Of a stretch of DNA of 64,000 nucleotides, positions 40,246-56,351 are shown piece by piece. Position 1 is the first letter of the stretch, and each line of letters starts with the position of its first letter. A model generated the notes under the pieces. The model searched no databases, was not told where the DNA came from, and was given only the letters and a program-made list of their open reading frames with translations. The DNA is from the human T2T-CHM13v2.0 reference genome, Homo sapiens, in the NCBI RefSeq assembly GCF_009914755.1, contig NC_060930.1; one strand, given 5' to 3'. A program made the translations under genes and the position numbers.

Positions 40246-41282
40246 AGGTTACACATTTTTACAGGTAATTTTATTTTAAAACTTCCAGACAGGGGATCTC
40301 CCTAATAAAGATTATCTAAGCAAAGTGAAGGGACAATGTCTTGACACTACTAAGTTCAAGAAGAAAAAATTCCAGACTTAAGTCGGCATGGAACAATTAT
40401 TATTTGGGAAGGACAAGGTTGGAATGAATGAAATACTGAGCTCAGGAAATGAATTACATTGTATTTGAAATCTCAGAAAGTCCTAGAAGCAGCTCTATTG
40501 CATAAAGAGGATGAAACTCCCATTTTGAATAATTACACTGAGCTGCTGAAACACCTGATGATCAGGGTGAGAAGACAAAAAGTCAGAAAAGACAGACAGT
40601 AGCTACCGCTTCAACAAAATTAAGATCAGTTGGAAACAGTGGAGTCCATTTCCAATTCCGACTGTGTGATGACGTGTCAGCTAGGCAAAAGCAGGAAGCA
40701 CAGAGAAGTTGGACATGGACCTTGGACACAGCATTTCATCAAAGCTCACCTGAAAAATGGATGCACAGCCTTGTAGCTGAAGCACAAGTTCTAAATGCCC
40801 TGGACAGGCAGAGAGGCATGGCTCCGCAGGAGAATGGATAGGAAGAGGGAGAGCAAGAGCTCTCAGCAGCAGAGGAAGTGAAAGCTCATCAGCAAGTAAT
40901 TTAAGAACTGGAGGATGAATTACAGGGTGGGTGGGGGATGAGATCTAATAAGACCTAGATTGCTCTTAATGGTCGGAAAGTCCGTGACAGCAGGCATACC
41001 GCTGGTGCTGCAGAAAGAGCTTTAGTTGGAAAGAAGAGGCAAACTGCCAGACCCGGACAGAAATTAATACAAGGAAAACCAAGACACCAATGCTTCAAAC
41101 ACCAGTGACTATAACTCCAGGAAGACACGATTACCAAATCCTATTATAGAGAGCTCTCCTGTGCCAAAGCTGATCTTTTGGCCCACCTGCCAGAACTGGA
41201 GGTGTCCTCTCCCCAGGGTCTGCTACATGAGTTGCTGGGTCCAGTACAAAATAAAAATGTGTGTCTCTTGATCGAAAAGCAA

Positions 41283-41508
41283 AGCCTGGGCAACATGGAA
41301 AAACCCAGCCACTACCTAAAATACAAAAAAAAAAAAAAAAAAAATTAGCTGGGCATGGTGGCACACACTTGTAGTCCCAGCTACCTAGGGGGCTGAGGCA
41401 GGAGGATCACTTGAACCTGGGAGGTCAAGGCTGCAGTGAGCCAAGATTGTTCCACTGCAGTCCAGCCTGGGAGACAAAGTGAGACTGTGTCTCAAAAAAA
41501 AAAAAAAA
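41283..41508 (+). mobile_element. 5'-truncated AluJ
   Basis: Linker plus right arm and A-tail. Confidence 0.85.
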
Positions 41509-41687
41509 GAACAGGAAAAAATGCCCCTGAAGGTACTAAAATATATAGCTCTTTCCTTTCTTCTGAGGTTTGGTGCTTTCTGTCAACTTGGCATGGTATT
41601 TTTTACTTGCCACTTAAGGTAAATCTCAGTAAAGAAAAATTAAAAATTGTAATTATACCGTTCATCTTTACATTATCTAATGGCAGT

Positions 41688-41986
41688 TTTACTTATGTAT
41701 TTAGAGACAGAGTCTTGCTGTTCCCCAGGCTGGAATGCAGAGGTGCAATCATAGCTCACTGCAGCCTCAAATTCCTGGGCTCAAGCAATCCTCCTGCTTT
41801 AGTCCCCTGAGTAGCTGGGACTATAGGTGCATGCCACCATGCCTGACTTATTTTTTTTTTTTTTTTTTTTTTGTAGAGACGTGGTCTCGCTATGTTTCCC
41901 GGGCTGATTTTGAACTCCTGGCCTCAAGTGATCATCCTGCCTTGGCCTCCCAAGGGGATTACAGACCTGAACCACCATACCCAGCC
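41688..41986 (-). mobile_element. AluJ
   Basis: Antisense dimer. Confidence 0.88.
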
Positions 41987-43467
41987 CACCAATGGCAATT
42001 TTAAATGCAAATATAACAGCATTTCTCTCATATGCAGAATCACTGAAATGATACAATTCTCATTTTTTTAGCTTATATATGTATATATTATTTTGTTCTT
42101 ATCAGAAAAATGGAAATGTTGCACAGAACTAACTAAACTCTTTTTATTTCACTTCCAATATACCTACGTTCCACCAGCATGCTCTCTCTTCAGATGACTG
42201 AGGAGTGAGGAAGGACTGAGGGTAAAAGGAACCATGTGCTGTCCTGTCTTTCCCTCTCCTTCTGTGTCATAATTGTCAGTGTCTGTGGCTGGCAAATACA
42301 GGGAGGTGGCATGAGTGAACAGGATGTGAATGAGGATGTGACAGAGTTCCTTGGTCCTTCATGTTTCTTAGAACACCGTTGCCTTCTTTCTGCATTTAAA
42401 GCAAGTTCTGGTTCAAAGGGAAAGTGTGGTCTCAGCTTACTCACTCAATACACATAACACACTTACGTTGCTCTTGCTTTGTGCCTTGTTTCACTTAACT
42501 CCCACGCATAGAAGGCCCACCAGAATTCTGTGCTCAGAAAACCAAAACACAAATTCAAAGAGAAAAGTATGAAGAGTTTCAAGAAGGCAACAGCAGAGCA
42601 TTAGACCAAGCATGAGGCCTGAGCACAGGGCCATGTGCCACTGCACACACCGCATACCCAGAAGGCCAGCCCTGGCTCCATCCCACAAGTCATCATGGGC
42701 TATCTGGGCGAATCCTTTTCTCTCTAAGAGTGGGATCTAGAAGGGAATTTGCAACTGTCAGTCAGCCTCTACCTGGCTCTGGAAGCCTCTCACATTCCAC
42801 GATGGATGACATAATTGATATTGTCCAAGGAGTACCAGCATGATCTCACCAAAGAGAGGATGCCATTGTCCTGGGTGAATGTACCACCTCCTAACCTAAC
42901 CTTAGGCACCTCCATACTTTTTCCTCCCAGAGTCCTCCTGGGCCTGTTCTTCCTGACCAAGAGAAGATTCCCTAGACTTTCATCAGGAATAAGGGTCCTT
43001 CAAGTATTTCATGGACATCCACTTTCTAGATCCATAGTTTCTTGGCCTAAAATGATGTATTCCTTCTGGTTCCCACTGACTCCTCCCAACCCCATGGCCA
43101 TCCAAGGAGAGGCCTTCACATTTCAGTGTCTGCACTGCCTCCTACATGCATTTGTTCTCAATGTCGTATACAGGACATTTCAGGGGCTTCTCTCGGACTT
43201 TTACCCTGAGTCCCTGAATAGAATTTTTAAAACTTTTCATATGCTTCAAAATGAAATATGCCTTTACCTTGAATATTAGACTTGTGCTTACTATTTTTAA
43301 ATGTTCTTTTTTTTTTTTTTTTTTTTTTGCTGACCAAGCAAGTCGACTCTGAATTTTGTAGAAGGGAAAACATTTGTATTTATTAACATGAAGATCACCT
43401 CTGAAGCTTTATCCTGCTACATACCTGTTCTAGTTTTAGTTCCTGTAGTTTGGGTCATTGATACGTC

Positions 43468-43780
<313 letters not shown>

Positions 43781-44234
43781 TGATACATGTTTTTACGTGT
43801 TAGGAAAAATATAATATGTTTGAATAATTTTTCTTTCCTAAATTCAAACACACACACATACACACAAATTGTTCCCATTCTCACAGTAGAAAATGACTTC
43901 ATTGATGAATACAAATAGCAATCCCAAAACGTTTGTCAACAGCTCCCTGTGTACTTATTCCCGGAATGGTACCGACAGCTAGAAAGCACAGCTACCCTAC
44001 TCAGAGAATTGAAGAAAGCCAAACCACGGCAACAACCAAGCCTTGTACATCTTGCAAGGGGTAGCTGGGGCCTCAGCTCCTCTAAGGAGCCCCAGATCCT
44101 GGCCCACCCCACACACTGAAACCATCCTTCTCTGTACTTCCTTGACCCTTTCATTTTCCCATTCTGTTACCCTCTGCCTACCGCGAACTTTTTTTTTTTT
44201 TTTCCAGAGAATAACCTTTATTTAGAGTATTTGG

Positions 44235-44433
44235 CCCCTGAATTTTTCAAAGTATGTCCAGATACTCTGGCATCAGAACCCCACCAGAGTTGGGGTGGGG
44301 AGAGTTTTAAAGTGCAGACGCCAGCCTCCTCTACAGACATTTTAAAGCAGACTCTCTGGGACTCCCAGACATCTGCAGCTTTAACAAGTTCCCTAGAGAA
44401 CTCTAATGCCCACTAAAGATTAAAAACCACTGA
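44235..44433 (+). mobile_element. MER5A-like hAT element
   Basis: gcatcagaacc...tttaacaagttccctagagaactctaatgcccactaaagattaaaaaccactg. Confidence 0.65.
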
Positions 44434-44732
44434 CCTGGTCCCATTACCCATTTTACATTGGAGGAAATTGAGGCTCTGAGGTCACACAAGTCAGAAGCAG
44501 AGCAGTAGGGACTAAAGCCTGGGTCTTTTCACTCTTAGCCCATCCTGAGTCCCTAAACCAGCATCTCTAGTTTCTCTGCAGTTTCTTAATCTACATCTTT
44601 ATCCTTGGCCACCTTGTAAACTCCTAAGCAACAAGGACCATATGAATTAAATTGAGTACCAGGCACAGCGTTGGGTGTGAAGTCACAAATTGTTATTTCA
44701 GCAAGTAGATTAACAAATGAAAAAAAAAATAA

Positions 44733-45126
<394 letters not shown>

Positions 45127-46982
45127 TAGCCATTGCACGTCCTCTTTGGCAGAGGGCTGGGTTTAAAAGATAAAATAAATGAAGCTGAAAAAAGCAAGGT
45201 GTTCCCATGGAGCTAAAAACCCCTGGCCTAACTATTCAAGCACCCAGCACAGGGTCCCCAGAATGACTCCCCAGCAGAGCTATCACCCTCTTCCAGCGTC
45301 AGCACTCCACCCACACTGTACTGTTTTAATACCTTGACTATGGCTTTATTCCCTCTCCATGTGGCCAAGGTCAATATTTATAATTGTTTGCTGCCTCCCA
45401 TTTGAGCTGCTGGTGCTTTGCTTACATAAACATCCACCACCCCTCAGTTGGGTCAGGGGCTGGGAAGGAGAAGTTCATTAGTCTTTATGGCCATAATAAT
45501 ATTTCATGTCTAGGCAGTGGGGGGATCTGCCCATGCCTCCCTGAGATGCACGGCTGGCTGCAGGCGCTGACTATTGATTGCATCTATAATAATAGGATGG
45601 CTGCTCTCTGAAGTGGGACATGTAAATACCTTGACTCTTGGGTGGGAGGGAAAAGGTCTTTGTTGAAGGCAGAAATGTGTCATGAGTGTAGTTTTGCTGG
45701 AAATGGTCTCACCAGGTGGCATCTCTTTCCCACAATACCTTCACCCTGCCACTCACCCTGATGCCTCATCTTCTCGAAACAGAGAGATGGGTGGAATCAC
45801 GTCAGTTAACTTTGATGAATAATAGTATTTGAGCATCTGAAGTGAATGGGCCCCTACAGATCTTTGAGTCCAACACCCTCATTACACAGATTAGGAAACT
45901 GAGGTTCAGAGAAGCTCCTGCAAATTCAGGACGTCACTTAAAAATGCTAGACTCCTAAATGGATATCCAGGATATTAACATTCCTTCATTCTAGTAGATA
46001 ACGACTATGTACTAGGGGTAGAACTGCTTCTAGCCCATAAGGTGCCTTTTTGCAAGTAGGAAAAGGCACCACTTCCTCTCCATGGACGTGGGCCTGCATC
46101 AGGGTGCATGAGTGGCAAGCAGAGTGGCAGCTGGATCTCAGCCCCCTGCTGTCCCTTGTACGGTAACAACCTGCACAGTTGTCACTGGAGGCTCTGGCTA
46201 GGGAAGGACAAAATTTGTCCCTGAAGACAGGCCTGAGCCTTATTTACCTCTCTAAATTCCATCTCATCTAGAGCTATGCCTGGCCCACTGCAGGTGGAAG
46301 ATAAATGCTTACATAAGGAAAGAAAAGAAAAAGGGGAGAAAGAACAATATCCAATTTCCTTGGGAACTTCATCAGTGAAACTTTGTGAAGGAACAAAACA
46401 AGCAAAACCCAAACAGCCAATTGCTAGGTCTGGTACAGGAAAATAAAGCAAAATGAAATAGAGTCCAATTAGTTTGCTTAAACAATATTGAACTCCAGAG
46501 GAAAACGGAAAGATAGCCCTGCTGACATTACTGAGAGCTGCGGAGAGGGACCAGGCAATTATATTAGGGAAAACAGATAAGTTTGTGGGTTGCCAAATAA
46601 AGAAGCAATCACAGAGATAAAAGCAGGCACTTTCCCCAAACGGAAAGCATAACTAAATCATTCATCAGCTTCCCATGCAGAGCTCAGGCACCTGATCTGG
46701 AGACAAATAAGGAGGGGTTTTTTTTTTTTTTTTTTAAATGGTGTTATCTTGAATAGGCTGATTCCTTTGCCTAGAGCTAATCTGGATTAATCTGTCTTCC
46801 CAGGAGGCTATACAATTCTTCCTTTTCTCCATAAACCTTTGGAAGGACAGATGGTCACTTATCTGCAAATGAAGTTTGAATTCCCTCCCCCATGACAGGG
46901 GTAGGGAGGAGTCTTGGGGAGATGAGGGTGTCAAGAGCAGGGAAGCAGAGGAAAGGAAGAGAGATAAAATCTTGTATCATGT

Positions 46983-47318
<336 letters not shown>

Positions 47319-47815
47319 TTATTTAAACAACAAGTCCCTGTCCTTTTAGAGTCAGCTTTGGCATGTGTCACCCTGGAACAGGGATTTTGTCATCTTTTTG
47401 TAGTCACAGACCCCTTCGAGAATCTGGGCAAATGATGTAGATACCCTCCTCAAATAAAAAAAAAAAGACATATGCATATGTTCATACATTTTCACAATTT
47501 CAAAGGGTTCATGCGCCCCCTGAAGCCCATCTGTGGATCCCAAGTTAAAAACACCTGTTCTGGATCCCAGAATGAAACCTATTTTGGAGAGGGTCCTAGA
47601 GGCTTCAGTGATAACACCAAATGATCATTTTGCATTTTAAATGGGTTTGAAGACCTCAATGCATTAAGAAGAGAATCTCGAAAATGACATAACTTAGAAG
47701 CATTAGTGGGGGCCCTGCTAGCTGAGATCTCGGAGAGAAGGAGGAACTGGCAGGGAAGTGCTAGCAAAATCTTTGTAAGGGACAGATACTTTAATACTCA
47801 AGAAGTTACATCTTA

Positions 47816-48322
<507 letters not shown>

Positions 48323-49999
48323 CTAGGCAAGCTTCTGTGTGCATACTTGTGGGTTCCAAAACTAAACCAATAATTTTCCACTCCACTTTTTTTGATAACT
48401 CAAGAACAAACACAGAGAGCCAAATACTCACCTATGAAGTGCACATTGCTGATGTGGGCATTGGGGATAGAAAGATAAAGAAGACACATTCCATTCTTTT
48501 TTCTTCCTCAAGTAATAATTTGCCATCATGAGGCTCGATTTTCATTCCTCAAACTCTTTCAACCATTTTCTCTTTCAGAGTCAGGTAATGAGTACCTATA
48601 TACCTTTCCTTTCACTTTTGTAAAATCTGTGTGAGATATACCTGGCATTTTTCCTCCCGGATCTCTTGAACTCTGAGATGATGTAGTCTCTTTTCTCTGA
48701 TTAATCAAAACAAAGAATTATTTATTAAACTAGCTCACTACGATACAGATGAAGAAATATTACTAGTCACCAAGGAGTTCACTAAGCTGTCTTCATAAGC
48801 TAATGGTAGAGTTCCTAGATGTGCCATCTCTCTGTCATCCCACCACCAAACATATATACACAGCCACTCTTTAGGCTATTGAGAGGTAGGTCTGCTTCCA
48901 CGAGGCAATTTGGCTGAGGCCTTGAAGGAAATTTCTCTGATTCTCTCTCAACGTACTTGCCTTCCCTTCTCTGAATTGCCAAGCCCTTATGGTCAGGCAT
49001 TTAGCATACATTACCTAGTATTTCAGCTACTTGTCTCCCCAGGACAGGGGTGTGTTTCCTTCTGTTGGGGCATCTTTAGCAAAATGCTCAATAAGCAGCA
49101 GTGGTCAAATGCACCAATCAGCAGGATGTAAGCAGTCAGAGAAGAGTAGGGGGTGGGCACACTGGGCAGAAGGAATCACAAGCACAAAAACACCTAGGCA
49201 GAAAACTCCAGGCCCTCACAGGAGACGATGGTTCCTCCCATTGTGACCAGGGAGGTGTCACGAAGATGGAGGAAGACAGAGGGCTGGAAGGGTAGGGAGA
49301 AGACAGACTAAAGGGACTTTGAGTGCCAACTTGAAGCACCTGGATTTGGCTCAGCAGGCAAAGGGGAGCCAGCGAAGGTTCCAGGTAAAGAAGATCTCAG
49401 CAAGATGCAGAAAAGGCAGTGTGAGTGAGCAAGGAGCAGTGGGAACACACTACACCGATTCAGGGGTGAGATCATAGCAGGTGCAACTGTGCAGTGCCCT
49501 TGACAATGACAAGAAGTGGACTTGAATGAGACAGCGAATGGAAGAATAAATTAACAGGACCTGGTAGCTGCATACGGGGTGGCCAAAGAGAGTGACCTGG
49601 GGCCTGTGTGGAATGAAATGAAAAGGCTTTGCGGCCAAGACTCACATTCAAAAGAGTATCACATGCAAACTTTTGTCTCCAATTTGAACATACAATTACA
49701 AAGACACACACAAACAAGATTCTCTGTAAATACAGACAAATTGATTCCAAAAGTTATATGAAAAGAACACAAAAAAACCCCAACTTGAATAGCCAACATT
49801 TTTTAAAAAAGGAAATAAAAATGGCAAGACTTACATGACCTGATTTTAAGACATGCTATAAACTATGGTAATCAAGACAATGTGGTATTGGGAAAGGGTA
49901 GACATATAGGTCAATGGAGCAGAGTCCAGAAACAGACTCATATAAATATGATCGATTTTTTTTCCAAAAGTGCAAAGACAATTCAGTGGTATATTTTCA

Positions 50000-50203
<204 letters not shown>

Positions 50204-50558
50204 TTATATAAAAATTAACCTAAGATGGATCATAGTCCTAAATATAAAATGTGAAATCATAAAACTCTCATAAGAAAACATCAGGAAAAATCTCTGTGAC
50301 CTTGAGTTTGCCAAAGAGTTCTCAGATATAACACCAATATCATCCACAAAAGAAAACAAGATAAACTTAACTTCATGAAAATTAACAACTTTACTCTGCT
50401 AAGGACACTGTTAAGACAGTGAAAATTCAAGCCACAGAATGGGAGAGAAAATATTTGCCAATCATTTGTCTGACAAAGAATTCGTATCCAGAATATATAA
50501 AGAACTGTCAAAACTCAATGAGAAACACACAACCTGATTTTTAAAAATAGACAAAAAG

Positions 50559-50937
<379 letters not shown>

Positions 50938-51287
50938 TTAGTCATTAGGGAAATACAAAATTAAAATAACCATGATGTATCCTTACAGACCTAGTAGAAT
51001 GGCTATGGCTAAACATTTTTTGAATACCTGACAATACCAAGTGCTATCAAGGATGTAGGAGCAACTTTCCTATGTTGTTGGTGGGAATAATAAATAGTAC
51101 AGCAATTCTGGAAATGGTGTGTCGGTTTCTTATAGTTATGTATACACTTACCACACAACCTCACATTCCCACTCCTGGGTATTTATTCTAGAGAACTGAA
51201 ATTTGTTCATACAAAAATCCGTCCACAAATGTTTATAGCAGCACAATTCATAATCACCCAAATTGGGAATAACCCAAATATTCTTCA

Positions 51288-52305
<1,018 letters not shown>

Positions 52306-52491
52306 GGACAGAAAACAGATCAGTGGTTTCCAGGGCTTGGCACTCCCCAGGGTGCTGCCATGGTTCTGTAGCCTATTTGTAGTGGTGGTTACAAGAATCT
52401 AGGCATATGTCAAAATTCATAAAAATTAAACACCAAAAAACTGAATACTACTGTATTTAAAATTTTTAAAAATCAATCAATCAATCATTCA

Positions 52492-52785
52492 GGCCAAGTG
52501 CGGTGGCTCATGCCGGTAATCCCAGCACTTTGGGAGGCCGAGGTGGGCAGATCACTTGCGGTGAGAAGTTCGAGACCAGCCTGACCAATATAGTAAAACC
52601 CGTCTTTACTAAAAATACAAAAATTATCTAGGTGTAGTGGCAGGCGCCTGTAGTCTCAGCTACTCAAGAGGCTGAGGCAGGAGAATTGCTTGAACCCAGG
52701 AGGCAGAGGTTGCCATGAGCCGAGATCACACCACTGCACTCCAGCCTGGGTGACAGAGCATGACTCCATCTCAAAGAAAAAAAAA
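52492..52785 (+). mobile_element. AluS
   Basis: Full dimer, flanked by aaaaatcaatcaatcaat. Confidence 0.92.
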
Positions 52786-53514
52786 TCAATCAATCAATAA
52801 AAACTTAAAATTAAAAAATCTATATACTGGGGTCTCAAAAGAAGAAGTGGTCCCAGCCTCCTCCAAGCTCTGAGAGGCCCTGGAAGAATGCTGAGGGGAA
52901 GCCAGGTCTCCAGCCCGTGTGACTCCAGGGCCATTACAGGAAGTGGAGAAAGGGATTGGTGTGAGGTGTGTGTGTGTGGAGGGGAGGAATCATCAAGCTG
53001 TCCTAGACACAGTGAACTTGAGGAGACCTAAGGCTTTCCAGGTGGTGATGTGGAAGGCAGTTGGAAACCATGTCTCTGGGAGAGGCAGAACAGTGTGTAG
53101 GAGACACGCGAGTGCACTGATTATGAGCATAGATTTTCACATAACGCAACGTATATGAGCTATGTGGCTTTGGCAAGTTACTTAGCCTCTCTGAACCTCA
53201 GTTTCATCTTCTTTAAAATGGGACAATCCTCAAGCAAGGATTCCATGAGGGAACGGCAGTAAACACTTAACCTTGTGCCTGCCACGTGATAGAGCAGGAA
53301 ACATGAGCTGGGACAATTATTGCCAGGACAGTGATTGACCTCGAAGTGACTTAGAATTGGATTTGGGATCATTGCAGAGATTCAAGATGGATGCCACAGG
53401 AGTGGTGAGGGCCTGCAGAAGAGACTGAAGACTAGAGGGTGGAGGCAGAGCTGGAGATGAGGGGTTGCTCTGGAGGCAGGAGCACAGCCAGGTAGCTGAA
53501 AGAGGATGCAATGG

Positions 53515-54280
53515 TGTGTATTCGTTTGCTAGGGCAAACTAATATGTTTGCTGCCATAACACAGTACCACAAACTAGGTAGTTGAGAACAACAGAAATCT
53601 ATCTCACAGTTCTGGAGGTCAGAAGTCTGAGATCAAGGTCCGTGGAGTTGGTTCCTTCCGGGGGCTCTGAGGGAGAAATCTGTCCTGTGCCTCTTCCAGT
53701 AGCTTCTAGGTGGTTCTGGGGTGCTGCTATAACAAATACTTAAAAATGCAGAGGTAGATTTGGAATTGGATAATGGGTGGAGGCTGAAAGCATTGGAAGG
53801 CGCATGACAGAAAAAGCCTAGATTACCCTCAAAGAGATTGTTGCTAGAAATATGAATATCTCTCTCTCTCTTTTTTTTTAACCTTTGTGGAAACAGTCTC
53901 ACTCTTGCCCAGGCTGGAGTGCAGTGGTGCGATCCGGCTCACTGCCACCTTCACTTCCTGGGTTCAAATGATTCTGGTGCCTCAGCCTCCCAAGTAGCTG
54001 GATTACAGGCACCCACTACCATGCCTGGCTAATTTTTCTTTTTCTTTTTCTTTTTTTTTTTAGTAGAGATGAAGTTTCGCCATGTTGGCCAGGCTGGTCT
54101 CAAACTCCTGGCCTTGAGTGATCAGCCCATCTTGGCCTCCCAAAGTGCTGAGATTACTGATGTGAGCCATGGTGCCTGGCAGCAATATGAATGTTAAAGG
54201 TGCTTCCAGTGAGGTCTCAGACAGAAATGAAGAGCACATTGAAAACTAGAGGAAAGGCGATCCTTGTTATATTACCTCAG
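53515..54280. mobile_element. MLT1 LTR and MaLR-internal fragments with an Alu (53872-54180, -)
   Basis: ctgccataacacagtaccacaaact..., gtagatttggaattggataatgggtggaggctgaaag. Confidence 0.7.
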
Positions 54281-55031
54281 AGCTGGGGGAGAATAAACCT
54301 GGTGGTCTCTGTGCATCAATTGTCCAGCAGACCTGAGGGCTCTAATGTCTGGCTATAGTATTGCACCATGGGGCCAGCATGAGGCTCAACAGAGGAGGAC
54401 AGGAGGGACATGGTCCCAGCTCCTGGTGGGGAATTGCTGGGATCTGGGGAGCTTTGCAGACAAGATGAATTTCTTAAAGGCAAAGGGTGATGAATCCTGA
54501 GGGCCTGTCTCTGGGGTCTCTCAACTGCAAATTCCTTCTTCCCACTCTCCTCTTCACCTTTGTCTCCCACAAACTCCCCAGCGCTGCTTTCTCCTGGCAG
54601 AAGCCTTCCAGCCTCACCCCTCTCTGCCCAGGGCTTTTTGCAAAAGGTGTCTCACAAGCCCTCGCAACAGCTCCTGAGGCCTGTGGGATGGGAACTGTGA
54701 GTCTCATTTTATAAACAAGAACATGGAGGCTCAGAGAGGTTATCAGACTTATCCAAGTCACACAGCATGTTGAGGACAGCAGTATTCACGCCCTGGTCTC
54801 TATACTCCCAGGCCGGAGCTGGACACACCGCACCACGTGGCTTTGGTTTCTGATGGTTCTTGCTTTGGGAGCCTTGGCCTGAAGGAGAAAGGGAAGCCAG
54901 AGGCAGATTCCCTGAGTTATCTGGTTCTGATCCCAGCCAGAGAGCATCTGGCTTTGGGGGAGGTCTTCGTCCTCCAGGCACTTAGAGCATCCCCACTGCA
55001 GGGACAGGACGCTTCGGCTTTGCTGGCGGCA

Positions 55032-55050
55032 TGACCACAAGGGGGCAGTG
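55032..55050 (+). promoter_or_regulatory. Candidate CTCF site in a small CpG-enriched patch
   Basis: TGACCACAAGGGGGCAGTG closely fits the CTCF core CCAC/G-YAGG/TGGC-A/G. Local CpG enrichment at 54990-55150. Confidence 0.55.
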
Positions 55051-56351
55051 GCGCTGCATGTGACGATCTACGGGCGGGAGGGACTCGAGGTCTCCAGAGA
55101 CGGGCAGGTGGCTCTGCTTCCCTGCGACACCCTCAGAGCCCCCAGCTGCCAGCATCCTGCCCAGACACCTCTCCTCCAATGAGCGCTCATCAGCCTTCAG
55201 AATACATAACTTTGACTCTCAATGGTCTCTTCTGGGTTTCCCTTAGCTGGGGCGGGGCTTGCTGCTGGAGAAGCCTCCATCTCCCACCACAAACTCCCAC
55301 ATTCAGCCCCGACTCGAAATTACTGGAGTCCCCTTCACTCCATGCTTCCTCCTCCTTCTCTCCCCTTCCTCGGGAGCTTAGAATTTGAAGAGGACAGCTC
55401 CTCCAGGTGTTCTCAAAGTGGGTTCCACAGAGCCTGTGAGATCCCTAAGGGAACCCCCTAGGAACGTGTGGGGAGCAAGGTGGGCTGGACAGGGACTTGG
55501 AACTGTTGGAAGAAGAGTCCAAAAGTCCATGCCCACACAACCGGCTGAGACTCTGTCACCCGTCCCACAGTCATTAACCAAGCACCTGCTATGGGCTGGG
55601 CATCTAGACACTCGGGAGACAACAGAGAGCAAAACAAAGATCCCAGCCTTTGAGAGACTTAAATGCCATGGGGAGTTCTGTTTGTTCTGCATCAAAGCAA
55701 AAATGATAAGAGAGATAATTTACAAACCCAGCACACATCACCTAATTGTATGGCTGCTGGGCCCAGGCAGCACCCTCCTTGTGATCTTTCTTTTCTTCTT
55801 ATTCCTGGTCCTTCTCTTCCATCTTTCCTGGCTCCTGGACACCTCCTTCAAGGCAAGAGCTCATGACAGGCAAGAAGGGACCCACACAGGGCAAGGGATG
55901 AGTGGGGAGAGAGCTTGCCACATGGGGAAGGGCAGGAAGAGGGGATGCCAGAGGCCCCGCGGTAAAGCCCCTCGGCCCATCACTCAGCCCATGAATCTGG
56001 TGTGCTGGAGCCTGAGGAGTCAAGAAGAAGGACTGCTTGGCAGGGACGGCCTTAGTCCAGAGACCTCACACTCCAACCCTCTCTGCCCCACAGCAGCGGG
56101 AAGGGAAGAGTGAGGGAATGGGATGGAGGGGCAGCACTCAGTGGGCAGAGTCTGGGCAGACCTTGGGGAGTCCCAGAGTCATGTCTGTTAAGAAGATCCA
56201 AGCCAGACCTCCCTGAACTCCAGCCCAGAAACAGACTGCTGTTCCCTGAGTGTTTCTACAGAAGCTGCCGAAACTCAGGGAAAGTGAACTCATCCCACAC
56301 GTGTGGGAGACACATATGCAGAGTACAAAACAGTCCTCAGGGGACCAGCTT

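Larger units (their letters stand above)
41214..42673 (-). mobile_element. MER45-like hAT element containing two AluJ, inserted into the MIA3 retrocopy
   Basis: Termini cagggtctgctacatgag..gggtccagtacaaaataaaaatg and ..gaaggccagccctg. Confidence 0.6.
38925..43215 (+). pseudogene. Ancient processed pseudogene of MIA3/TANGO1 (luminal end, TM, CC1, CC2, proline-rich domain), split by TE insertions
   Basis: Colinear matches to MIA3 recalled from memory: LDFYKMPWE (39206) vs PDFYGLPWK; CQVIEQWIAQKFK (39312) vs YQVTEQQISEKLK; KSQKVLEAALLHKED (40468) vs KSQKDLEVALTHKDD; SAAEEVK..ELEDELQ (about 40863) vs SAAEEVK..EMEDELQ; AAERAL (41007) vs AAERAI; SFGPP (41174) vs SFGPS; SRREFATVSQPLP (42736) vs PRSEFGSVDGPLP. 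No introns. Confidence 0.85.

Noticed and set aside
41283-41986. Closely spaced inverted AluJ pair
   Set aside because: Old, diverged and partly truncated; a common arrangement.
38925-43215. Functional link between the TANGO1 retrocopy and SAYSD1 (both concern ER and collagen handling)
   Set aside because: Retrocopy insertion is essentially random and this copy is dead; nothing in the sequence supports a link.
55385-56113. Longest ORF in the track (242 aa)
   Set aside because: TTG start, runs through MER5/L2-like fragments, no recognisable domain; most likely a chance ORF.
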